64,000 bases of DNA from Tubiluchus corallicola (taxonomy: Eukaryota > Animalia > Priapulida), in assembly GCA_030141605.1 (NCBI GenBank), contig JAQGDQ010000827.1, positions 1-64,000 of the forward strand, given 5' to 3'. Below the pieces are notes generated by a model. The model made no database searches, was not told the origin of the DNA, and saw only the letters and a program-made list of their open reading frames with translations. Shown in pieces: positions 12,101 through 24,100 of this stretch (positions within the stretch are counted from its first letter, which is position 1; each line of letters begins with the position of its first letter). The position numbers were made by a program, and so were the translations under genes.

Positions 12101-15100
12101 CTATTATTACAACATTTACTTCATCCTTATTTACACTAAGTTATCTACAGAAGCATGCATAACTATAATCATTTTTTCATTTAAGTAAGGTGAGTGTGTT
12201 AATGACTGTATCGTCGTACATTCACCTTGCACTACGCAGATCATTTTATTTAAAGTTTATTAATGTGTGTGATATTGATGTGTGAAATAAAATTCATAGT
12301 TCATAGTTCTGTCAAGATGTGCTTTTGAGACACCCTTTCATTACCTCGTGTTCCAAATTTTTATATTCGCCTTCTGTGTTTTCTCTGATGACAATAATGT
12401 CAACATCCCGATGTCGCGTGTTCACGTTTGGAACGCTAAAACAATGCACTACGTTAGCGAACAGATCCAGCTTCACGCGCAGCGACAGGTTATGCGAGAC
12501 GAAGCCAGGCTTTAAGTGTTTTGTTTCAATATTACCTGTAAGAAAAGTGCTGGTTTCATAAATATGTGATTTAGTAATTACAAAAGAACACAGAATCCAG
12601 AAGTAAATTAAATTTAAAAATCTTGAACAACGACAGGACAGCTAACACTGTACAGTAGTCGCCGCTCAATAGACTCACAGTTAATAGACTCAGTCACTTA
12701 ATTTACTCAAAAGCGCCTGAAATGGGCCGCTTCTATTCAAATATACATAAAAACGTAATTGACTCAAATAATCTGCATAATTGACTCAATATTTTGCTTC
12801 ACCTACTTAAAATAAAATATTTGTATGAGCCCAAAGAGCCTTTCCTACTTTGATGTAATTTTTACTTTATGTATGCAGAAACAATCATGTTAAGTACCGT
12901 TTTGTTTGTAAACAGGTAAGTTTATCATGCGCTAATATGCTAGTCTAGCGGTTTTGCGTTGAATCAATTATCCCCTTGCCCACTGTTGTGCAAAGAATTC
13001 TGGAAGCTCAACATCTAATCACTTGCCTAGCAGTTTCCCTTGCAAATCACGCTTTCAGGCTTAATGATCTTCAACAATAACAGATTTTCAACGTTTTTGT
13101 AATTCCAAAAACTTTATGGGCCAACTTCTTCGCGAGAAAATGAAGCAACCGACTTTGAAAGGAATTTTTGTAATTTTTGCAAATAAACAGACTTAGAAAA
13201 GTCTGTGATTTAGAAAAGTATACTTTTTACTTTACTGCTAATTCACTTACATAAAATAATATTTTAAAATATTTTTTCTAATTTTTAACTGCAAAAAGGA
13301 ACTTAGGCATTACTTCACTTCTAAAATTCATCAAAATCCTTAGCAGAGCATAGTAAGCTGATGACTCATACTTCTACACCTGTAATACCATTGGTTGATA
13401 GGTTCAGTCGGTTAATTGGGTCAAAACACGTCGGTCCCAAAGTGAGTCTATTAAGCAGCGCCTACTGTACTATCAGAATGACAGGCTACAGAAAATCATG
13501 TTAGAAAACTAGCCAGGTTTGATTTCGAATTGACCCTGCAAATCCTCCCTCATGATTTTTTTTGCTACACTGAGCTTCTTTTAATAATTTTAATAGAAGA
13601 TGCACAAAAGAGCTTAAGTCTTTGGTTCTTAAACTTCTCAACTCTTACATGTTTACTTACAACATTCATAGATAGGCAGAGCAGCTGCTTACAAATCCAG
13701 CTTTTTCAAACTGGCCTCTTATCTGTGGAATCTTTCCTAATAAAATGATCGCTTTAACAGGTGCTTCCTATCTCTAGCAAATCAGATTCAGAAGGACTTT
13801 ACATTTCCCCACACAATTTAAATACGGTAACCCTAACCCAACCCTAACTCCATCTCTACCCTTAATCCTAATCCTAGCCCTAATCCTAATCCGTTTCACT
13901 AACTAATTTCTTGGGTGAAGGAAATCATAAACTTTAGCCAAAGATTCTATTTTTCTGAACTTGTATTCGTAGGGTTACCATACGTCCGGGTTTCCCAGAC
14001 ACGTCCTCTTTTTGGTCCTTTTCAAAAAATCGGCAGTTTGTTCAGGTTTTGCCTCAATCCGTAAGTATGTACGGACGTTGCCAAATTCAGAGGCATACAA
14101 CAGTACGAGACAAAGAAAAGGTTGTTAATATTCAAAACAAGATGTTGCTAATGTCTCAAAATGCAACCCTTGTAAAAGCTCTGTGTACGTATTTACTTAA
14201 CAAAAGTAAGTGATGCGTACATCAGTATGAGTCACACGACTCACAACGCTGTCGATACTCGGCGTATTCCCTAACGACTTAAAATGACGTCAGATTCCCG
14301 GAGCCATTTTGTTTGTTTTTATGTGAATTTCTTTAAATTTGTATAGTTTCGCTGTTTTGCAGTTTTGAGCAACTGGGAAAAGTTAATTAGAAAGTAGCAA
14401 TGCCAAAATGACAGTGTGAATTTACAGATGAAATGAAAGCCAAGTACCCGTGTCCTCTTTTTCAACTCAGACAATATGGTAACCCTATGAATTAGTATCT
14501 CCACATTTTTACTGCAACCCCATACGATGAGTGCCTTAATAGGGGAGGGAGGCAGTATAAATAAAAACTTAGCTAATTTTACATGTGTTTAATGAAGGTT
14601 TTGCTGGATAAAATAACTATTACAGCGAAATGAAATTAATTACTTTCACGGCTCAGGTTAATCAAAATGAGTCATCACATGGTTTGCAAGTGACGCAAAA
14701 CATTTTTTGTGCATACTGAGGTGTGCTAAAGTTTTCCAGCTTACGATGATAATTTTGTACAGAAGTGAATTGAATGAGTTTAATTGCTAAGCTTGTGTAA
14801 TTGCAACTCACGTAAAAAATTACCTTTTAGAGCTACTTTATTTCGCTTTACTGCTGTAATTGCATTCTCTAGAGAAGTGTCGTCATCGTGAACGGAATCA
14901 ACAATCACCTCTTCAAAATCGACTGGTACCGCCGCTGTTCTATAACAAAAAAATAGTGATGCTATAGGAAATTGTTGTGTTTCTCTCGGAAGGCTCGTAG
15001 AGAAAACCAGAAAACACTCCATCAAATTAAACTAGTTTATTAAGCGAGAATTCTACAACACAAAAGTATGAAGGAACGCCAAATGTTTACAGTAAGCGTG

Positions 15101-18100
15101 AAAATGTGGAAAGCATTTGAGTGTATCTGAAAATACAGGTATACAAGAGAATGTGTAAGTGTGCTTCCGTGCGAATCTGTGTGTGTGTCTCAGCGGCCTG
15201 CTTCGCCTTATATACCGTGCCAGGGAACATTCCAGAAGTTTCTTTCTAGAACATTCTACAAGGTAAGACGATTATTCTATTATGCTATGGAACATTCTAC
15301 AATGTTCTATTCAATTCTAATAGATGCCAGAGATCTCCTCAACAGAGATGTTATATATAACATGTATAACAGCCCCTAAAAATGATGCAATAGAAAAGCA
15401 AACAAAAAAAATGTACCTGTCAAATTGGTGCCTCAGACAGTGGAAGTTCAAAGAGTAGCTAAAACGTAGCGAAAACAAACAACTAAACTAAGAAATGATC
15501 CGGCCAATATAGGCTACAACATATTTGGTTCATATCTGACAGGTAATTACTCAAAAGACATGACTATTTAGCAGACAAAACACACTGGATCAAGGTTAAG
15601 GTTTTTTAAGTCTATCTTGGAATCAGGAAACTCCTAATTTTAGTAAACACTACGAGGGTCTACTGTATTCCATTAAAAAGTAGTTATTTTAATAAGACAG
15701 TGAAACTAATGATTTATCGCAGTACCAAAATAAGTACATTAATTGTTATTGAAAGAAAAATCGTCCATAAGTCAGCAATTAAGTTTTCCTAGTGGTTCGC
15801 ATATCTTGAATCTTCATTTCATGAGGATCATTTTGATGCCAAATTCATCACTCAATGTTATTTCTAAGCTAAGATAATTCACATTGAAGTTGAGCTACAC
15901 ACTGAAAAACGAAATCTTGAGAAAATCACTGTTAAAGTTATCCATTGTATTTGTCGCGTCTCTACAAAGCACTTAGCAACCGTGCAAACTTTGAAGCACA
16001 TTAAAGTTATATTTAAATCCAGTAGATGGCTCCTCCTGATGAACATCTGGGCTTGGCAACAGAAAAAAATCCAAAGCAAAATGACACCTTCCACGAGCTA
16101 CAAATGGAGTTTGAAAATAAAAGTTTTTTATAATTTCATTACTAGTTTCTAGACTGAAAAGTGGGTAAGGAGTTGTAAAATTAAATTTTCAGTGTTTTTT
16201 GAACACAGTTTTGATAATTTGATGAATGCTAGAATACACAACTCCAATATATTTAGCATTGGTTTTTATAAAATATGAAAAATAGATATTTGACCAAATT
16301 TTTGGGTCATTCTATTTTGAAGTATCATACAGCAGTTTTAACTATGCCGACTTATGGACGGTTTTGGTACGCAAGCATACAATTATTATTGAAAGAAAAA
16401 TCATAGAAAATGCTAAGATTATTCATATTCAAATTGAATTTTCATGTATTCACTCTGTTACATTACATTCTTTACTTCACTTTATATGTGAAACTCACAC
16501 TGCATCAGCACAAACAAAAATGTCAAGTACTATGTTGATCCCGCAATTTCCAAATCTTCTCAAAAGCACACGTAAGATTAAATGCAGTGAATTCCAGAAG
16601 ATGAGAAAAAACATTATTTCAGATAAAATTTTTGTGGAGTCTCATTGCTTCAGACAGCAAATGCCAATTATTGAAATAATACAGTCATACCGCTATTTTC
16701 AAACGTCTCCATACTTGTACAAATCGGTTTTTGAGCAAAAAATTCGGGCTGAAATTGTCTCCGCTCTCGACCAGAATTTCGGTACTCGACCAACCACCAA
16801 ACACGTGATGAACACATGCACAGCGAGCCGAGTAGAGCCGAGCATAACCGACCGCATCTGAGAGTAGTCACGCACAAGATTTGAATCGCCTAACATCGCT
16901 AAGTGCTTTCTACGCTTATTTTTCTCCGCCTCTTCATGCAGGAACAATTATGTTTTTCTTTCAAAGTAATTCTATTATGTTTTCCTCATCAATTATATCA
17001 TATCTACTGTTTGACTAAGCATTTTTGCATTATTATATTTCGTTTTAGTAATACTTTACAGTTCATTTGGTGCTTGAGAATGGATTATTTGCTTTTACAT
17101 TATGCCTTATGAGAATAAATGATTCAGTACTCATTCAAATCAGTTTTCAAACACTTTCTAGGAACGAATTATGGTGGAAAACAGAGGTACTATGCTACTA
17201 GGTATCTGGACATGTATACATATTCTTACTTCTAAACTGTAAGCCTCGTCCCTAAGTCCTCTCTGTTTCGCACGATTTGCGTGACTTACAATTACTGAAA
17301 GCTTTACCACTATTTTCTCTTTGTTTAGAACACTTTGTATAAGAAAACAAAAAATTTAATTCTCCACAATATTTCTTACTAATTTTGCTTAAATAATGTG
17401 CAAATACTGCACATAAATAATCTAAGTGAAAGCATTCAAAGCAGGCTCATACTTGAATAGTTGCTTAACACATGACATCAGCTCAGGTCCCACTCCATCG
17501 CCGGCAATCATTGTTACAGTATGGCGTCCTCCATATTTTGCTGGCGGCTGCAAAACACACAAAAAGTGAAATTTATACAACGTAAACTTTATGTAATGCT
17601 AATAACCTATTTAAGTTATAATCAAATCACCAAATAATGTAATAAATATGCATGCCAGACAGAGCATTAAATTTACTGACTATTAAAGAAGTAGCAAAAT
17701 GAAAGATGTTTTTTCTACACTGTATGTTGATTTTTTTTATTATTCTGAACGTACATAAACACTAGGGGTGAGCATCGAACATTCGAATCGAATTCGAACG
17801 CTCAAATTCGATTCAAACGAGTTTTTTTAGTTCGAACTCGATTCGAATCCAAAACTATAGATTCGAATAATTCAGCACGTCAATCACATATGTTCCTGAT
17901 CACTAAAACGATTGAAACAACATGCAATTAGCGTGATTTAGCAGTGATTTCTGTGCCAAATTTAAACAAATTACTAGTCGTTTTATTGCAGAACAAAATC
18001 TAGTGATATGCATGTTCTTTGAAAGACTAATTTTTGCTGGTGGTTCGAAAACTTGTTCGAAAATCTGTCAATCTCAATTTGAATTCGATTCGAATTCGAA

Positions 18101-21100
18101 ACACTGAAGTTCGGTTCCATTCGAATTCGCTTTCTGGAAGAGAATGCTCACCCCTAATAACCTATTTAAGTTATAATCAAATCACCAAATAATGGAATAA
18201 ATATGCATGTCAGACAGAGCATTAAATTTAGTGACTATTAATGAAGTAGCAAAACAAAGGATGTTTTTTCTACACTGTATGTTGATTTTTTTATTATTAT
18301 CTACACCAACGTACATAAACACATGGAATTTGCACTAACAGAATGTTTGTATCTTGTGTTTGCTTACATAGATAGTTCCCAAAATACTGAGACAAGAATG
18401 GCCTATTTGTTTCACCAAACTTCTTAGTAAGATAAGCTATGACTACTAGCAGAATCAGAGAGTAATTATTATAATGGTCAAATATGAGGTTCAAATTTTG
18501 AAGCATTTATTGCTAAAAAATTTCCAAAACAAAAAGTAAAACTACTGTCAGATGACTGTGCTTCTTTCAAGTGATATACTTAAAAAATCAAAAGCAGCAC
18601 CAGAAAATTAAAAAACTTGAAAAATGTTCAGACTTCTCCTTTAGTATGTCATATTTATATGATTATATTATGTGACATGATATCATATGACCATGAGATC
18701 AATATAACATATGATATGACATGAGTCATTATGCATATCATTATTGTTCTAATGATGTTATAATGATACTTCACAATTTACCATTGATTCACATATAAAA
18801 TGGTTTTTACTTACTACATCAATAATAAACCGCCTTGATATGAACTGCGTAGTCGTCCGTTGTGGCTGCAAAATTAAAAACATGAACTCTGTAAAATAGC
18901 GTGCAAAATGAATGAAAGTCAGTTGTTTAACAAATTAGAATGTATGTACCATAACGGAATAGAGTAAATTCCTATAATGTTTAATAAAATTAGGAGTTTT
19001 CTGATTACAAGATAGACTTAAAAAGCCTTAGTCTTGATCCAGTGTGTGATGTCTGCTATAGACTTAAAAAGCCTTAGCCTTGATCCAGTGTGTGATGTCT
19101 CCTATAGACTTAAAAGGGCTCAGCCTTGATCCAGCGTGTGATGCCTGCTATAGACTTAAAAGGGCTCAGCCTTGATCCAGCGTATGATGCCTGCTATAGA
19201 CTTAAAAGGGCTCAGCCTTGATCCAGCGTGTGATGTCTGCTATAGACTTAAAAAGCCTTAGCCTTGATCCAGCGTGTGATGCCTGCTATAGACTTAAAAA
19301 GCCTTAGTCTTGATCCAGTGTGTGATGTCTCCTATAGACTTAAAAGGGCTCAGCCTTGATCCAGCGTGTGATGTCTGCTATAGACTTAAAAAGCCTTAGC
19401 CTTGATCCAGTGTGTGATGTCTGCTATAGACTTAAAAGGGCTCAGCCTTGATCCAGTGTGTGATGTCTGCTATAGACTTAAAAGGGCTCAGCCTTGATCC
19501 AGCGTGTGATGCCTGCTATAGACTTAAAAGGGCTCAGCCTTGATCCAGCGTGTGATGCCTGCTATAGACTTAAAAGGGCTCAGCCTTGATCCAGCGTGTG
19601 ATGTCTGCTATAGACTTAAAAAGCCTTAGCCTTGATCCAGCGTGTGATGCCTGCTATAGACTTAAAAAGCCTTAGTCTTGATCCAGTGTGTGATGTCTCC
19701 TATAGACTTAAAAGGGCTCAGCCTTGATCCAGCGTGTGATGTCTGCTATAGACTTAAAAGCCTTAGCCTTGATCCAGTGTGTGATGTCTGCTATAGACTT
19801 AAAAGGGCTCAGCCTTGATCCAGTGTGTGATGTCTGCTATAGACTTAAAAGGGCTCAGCCTTGATCCAGCGTGTGATGCCTGCTATAGACTTAAAAGGGC
19901 TCAGCCTTGATCCAGCGTGTGATGCTTGCTATAGACTTAAAAGGGCTCAGCCTTGATCCAGCATGTTTTGTCTGCTAACAAATCATGTCCATTGAATAAT
20001 TACCTGTCAGATATGAATCAAATATTTTATAGCCTACATCTGAGAGATTATTTTCTAGTTCAGCTGTTTTCTAGTTCACTACACATTAGCTATTCTTTGA
20101 ACTTTCACTGCATGAGGCATCATATCAAGTGTTAGTCACTTAGTTATCCCTATGTAGCAATAACTAGACAGCCGGGAAAGGCAAATCTTAGAGAATGTTC
20201 GTCCAAGATCATCTGGACAACCAGCAGATGCCAACAGAGCAGTCAAAACTAACTAGCGAACTAACCTCCTAAGAAACTTCCTATGAAGCTGACTAGGCAG
20301 GTTTTACGGCAAGCAGAGATTGAAAAGGCCACCAAAGAAGTCAAGTGGATAAGCTCAAACCTTTCAGACATTGAAATCATGTGGCTGTCAATATACAGTG
20401 TGGATGATGGCTCAAATCGGAACACCCTCATTGAAGAAAGTAAGTAACTGCGATGAGTTGCCAAACTTGGGTAGAAAGTTTTATCGAAAGTATCATCGTG
20501 GCTTGACGTTTCTTATTAAAATAGCATTGTAAGTGCTTAGTTCTAAAGGTCAAGTACATGTAATACTAACGGCTTTAAAATAATACCTGAAATCATTTGC
20601 CTAACTACTACCTGTTACCTTTTCCACTGCTTAGTCAAAACAAAAAAACCTTGACAGTCATTATTTCTCATACTAAACAGTCATTTCTCAAGTTCTTCCA
20701 GAAACTGTTCACTGACAAAGCACTCAATGATTGAAAATGAAAGGAGATTTGGTGACTGAACTGCTAGAATTCTAAAGCAGAGAACTTCAGGCATGATACA
20801 CAGATATGTTCAATATCCACAACATGGCTTTTGTGACCATGACGAAAATTCAACTGCAATATGAAGCCAGCTGACCAAATCAGTAGTTTGACACCATTTC
20901 TTTAAAGATATAAAATTTACTTGGATTCAAGTTAATAGTTAAGCTTGTGCATTTATCTTAGGTTGCATTAAGAGTAGTACATTTAGGCAAGGTAACCAGA
21001 CAACCAATGGACATTCAAGAACTCGTTATGTAGTATATTAAGGCAAGTAACCAGACAACCAATGGACATTCAAGAACTGGTCATGTAGTATATTAAGGCA

Positions 21101-24100
21101 AGTAACCAGACAACAAATGCACATTCAAGAACTGGTTATGCAGTATATTAAGGCAAGTAACCAGACAACCAATGGACATTCAAGAGTATATTAAGGCAAG
21201 ATACCAGACAACCAATGCACATTCAAGAACTGGTCATGTAATATATTAAGGCAAGTAACCAGACAACCAATGCACATTCAAGAACTGGTCATGTAGTATT
21301 TAAGGCAAGTACCAGACAACAATGACATTCAAGAACTGGTCATGTATATATTAAGGCAAGTAACCAGACAACCAATGTTTGGTGTTTGGGTGGACATTCA
21401 AGAGGTTTATATGTTAAGGCAAGTAACCAGACAACCAATGGACATTCAAGAACTGGTCATGTAGTATATTAAGGCAAGTAACCAGACAACCAATGCACAT
21501 TCAAGAACTGGTTATGCAGTATATTAAGGCAAGTAACCAGACAACCAATGGACATTCAAGAGTATATTAAGGCAAGATACCAGACAACCAATGCACATTC
21601 AAGAACTGGTCATGTAATATATTAAGGCAAGTAACCAGACAACCAATGCACATTCAAGAACTGGTCATGTAATATATTAAGGCGAGTAACCAGACAACCA
21701 ATGGACATTCAAGAACTGGTCATGTAGTATATTAAGGCAAGTAACCAGACAACAAATGCACATTCAAGAATCAATGCACATTCAAGAACTGGTCATGTAA
21801 TATATTAAGGCAAGTAACCAGACAACCAATGGACATTCAAGAACTGGTTATGCAGTATATTAAGGCAAGTAACCAGACAATCAATGCACATTCAAGAACT
21901 GGTTATGTAATATATTAAGGCAAGTAACCAGACAACCAATGGACATTCAAGAACTGGTTATGCAGTATATTAAGGCAAGTAACCAAACAACCAATGGACA
22001 TTCAAGAACTGGTTATGTAGTATATTAAGGCAAGTAACCAGACAACCAATGGACATTCAAGAGTATATTAAGGCAAGATACCAGACAACCAATGCACATT
22101 CAAGTACTGATCATGTAATATATTAAGGCAAGTAACCAGACAACCAATGCACATTCAAGAACTGGTCATGTAATATATTAAGGCAAGTAACCAGACAACC
22201 AATGGACATTCAAGAACTGGTCACGTAGTATATTAAGGCGAGTAACCAGACAACCAATGGACATTCAAGAACTGGTCATGTAGTATATTAAGGCGAGTAA
22301 CCAGACAACCAATGCACATTCAAGAACTGGTCATGTAATATATTAAGGCAAGTAACCAGACAACCAATGGACATTCAAGAACTGGTCATGTAATATATTA
22401 AGGCAAGTAACCAGACAACCAATGGACATTCAAGAACTGGTCATGTAGTATATTAAGGCAAGTAACCAGACAACCAATGCACATTCAAGAACTGGTTTGT
22501 ATATTAAGGCAAGATACCAGACAACCAATGCACATTCAAGAACTGGTCATGTAATATATTAAGGCAAGTAACCAGACAACCAATGCACATTCAAGAACTG
22601 GTCATGTAATATATTAAGGCGAGTAACCAGACAATCAATGGACATTCAAGAACTGGTCATGTAGTATATTAAGGCAAGTAACCAGACAACCAATGCACAT
22701 TCAAGAGTATATTAAGGCAAGATACCAGACAACCAATGCACATTCAAGAACTGGTCATGTAATATATTAAGGCAAGTAACCAGACAATCAATGCACATTC
22801 AAGAACTGGTTATGTAATATATTAAGGCAAGTAACCAGACAACCAATGGACATTCAAGAACTGGTCATGTAGTATATTAAGGCGAGTAACCAGACAACCA
22901 ATGCACATTCAAGAACTGGTTATGCAGTATATTAAGGCAAGTAACCAGACAACCAATGCACATTCAAGAACTGGTTATGCAATATATTAAGGCAAGTAAC
23001 CAGACAACCAATGCACATTCAAGAACTGGTTATGTAATATATTAAGGCAAGTAGCCAGACAACCAATGCACAGTCAAGAACTGGTTATGTAGTATATTAA
23101 GGCAAGTAGCCAGACAACCAATGCACATTCAAGAACTGGTTATGTAGTATATTAAGGCAAGTAACCCGACAACAAATGCACATTCAAGAACTGGTTATGC
23201 AGTAAAAACTTCGATTTTTCGCTTAATTCTAAATCTCATTCTAATTCCAAATTTTATGTCACAATACTAACTAATTATCATTACTAGTTTTTGGAATACA
23301 AGCTGCTTAGAAAGTGCCTGGATTAGACGTTTGTAACTCGTCTATTCTGCTTTATTAATTGAACTTAAAATCTTAGTCATTGTTACAGTGTGAAAAGCTT
23401 TGTAATTTATAAGTGATGAGCTGGCAAGTTTCTTTACTTAATAAATTTTAAATGTAGCCCAGACTCATGCCCAAATGAACATAATAACGACATTTGTGTT
23501 ATTGTGTACCGGGTGCACCCTGCGGTTATGGTTTGACACCTGTTCGTCTACATCAGCAATGATTTCTACATCTATAAACAATTCACTTGACAATGTTACA
23601 AGACTTCCGGGTGAACCAAGGATCCGTGGTGGAGAAGAACTATTCGAAAGAGAATTTCCGTTTATTGTTGGAATTAGTACCAAAGGCGATACAGATTTTT
23701 GTGGTGGAAATCTCATCGACAACTTATGGGTATTAACAGCAGCTCACTGTTTTTTAGAGGATGATAAAAAAACCTGGGAACAGCCTGGGAAGCACTTGAA
23801 AATATTCCTTGGGAGCAATAAGTTATTTGAGTCGACAGTACAGCGCTGGGTTTACTGGTACAAAAGGCATCCTCAGTTTGACCCAAACAGTGATCAACCT
23901 AATGCGCATGATATTGCTCTAGTGCGAATGAATGAGCATGTTCATTTTACTCACGACATCAAACCTGCTAACCTGCCCATTTGCAACAAGGATAGTTACA
24001 TAAATGAGGAAGTTATTTTCGTAGGATGGGGATCTCTAGGAATCAGCGGTGCACCAGCAGAACTACATGAACGCCTGCAAAAGGTGTCGACTTGGGTTTT

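Noticed and set aside
16364-16947. 165-aa and overlapping ORFs
   Set aside because: No recognisable domain; overlap decayed repeat-like sequence in IDH3G intron 3
19011-23203. Regular arrays as CRISPR-like repeat-spacer loci (also 31-457 and 50299-51894)
   Set aside because: Units are head-to-tail with no unique spacers, no cas genes are present, and the context is eukaryotic introns
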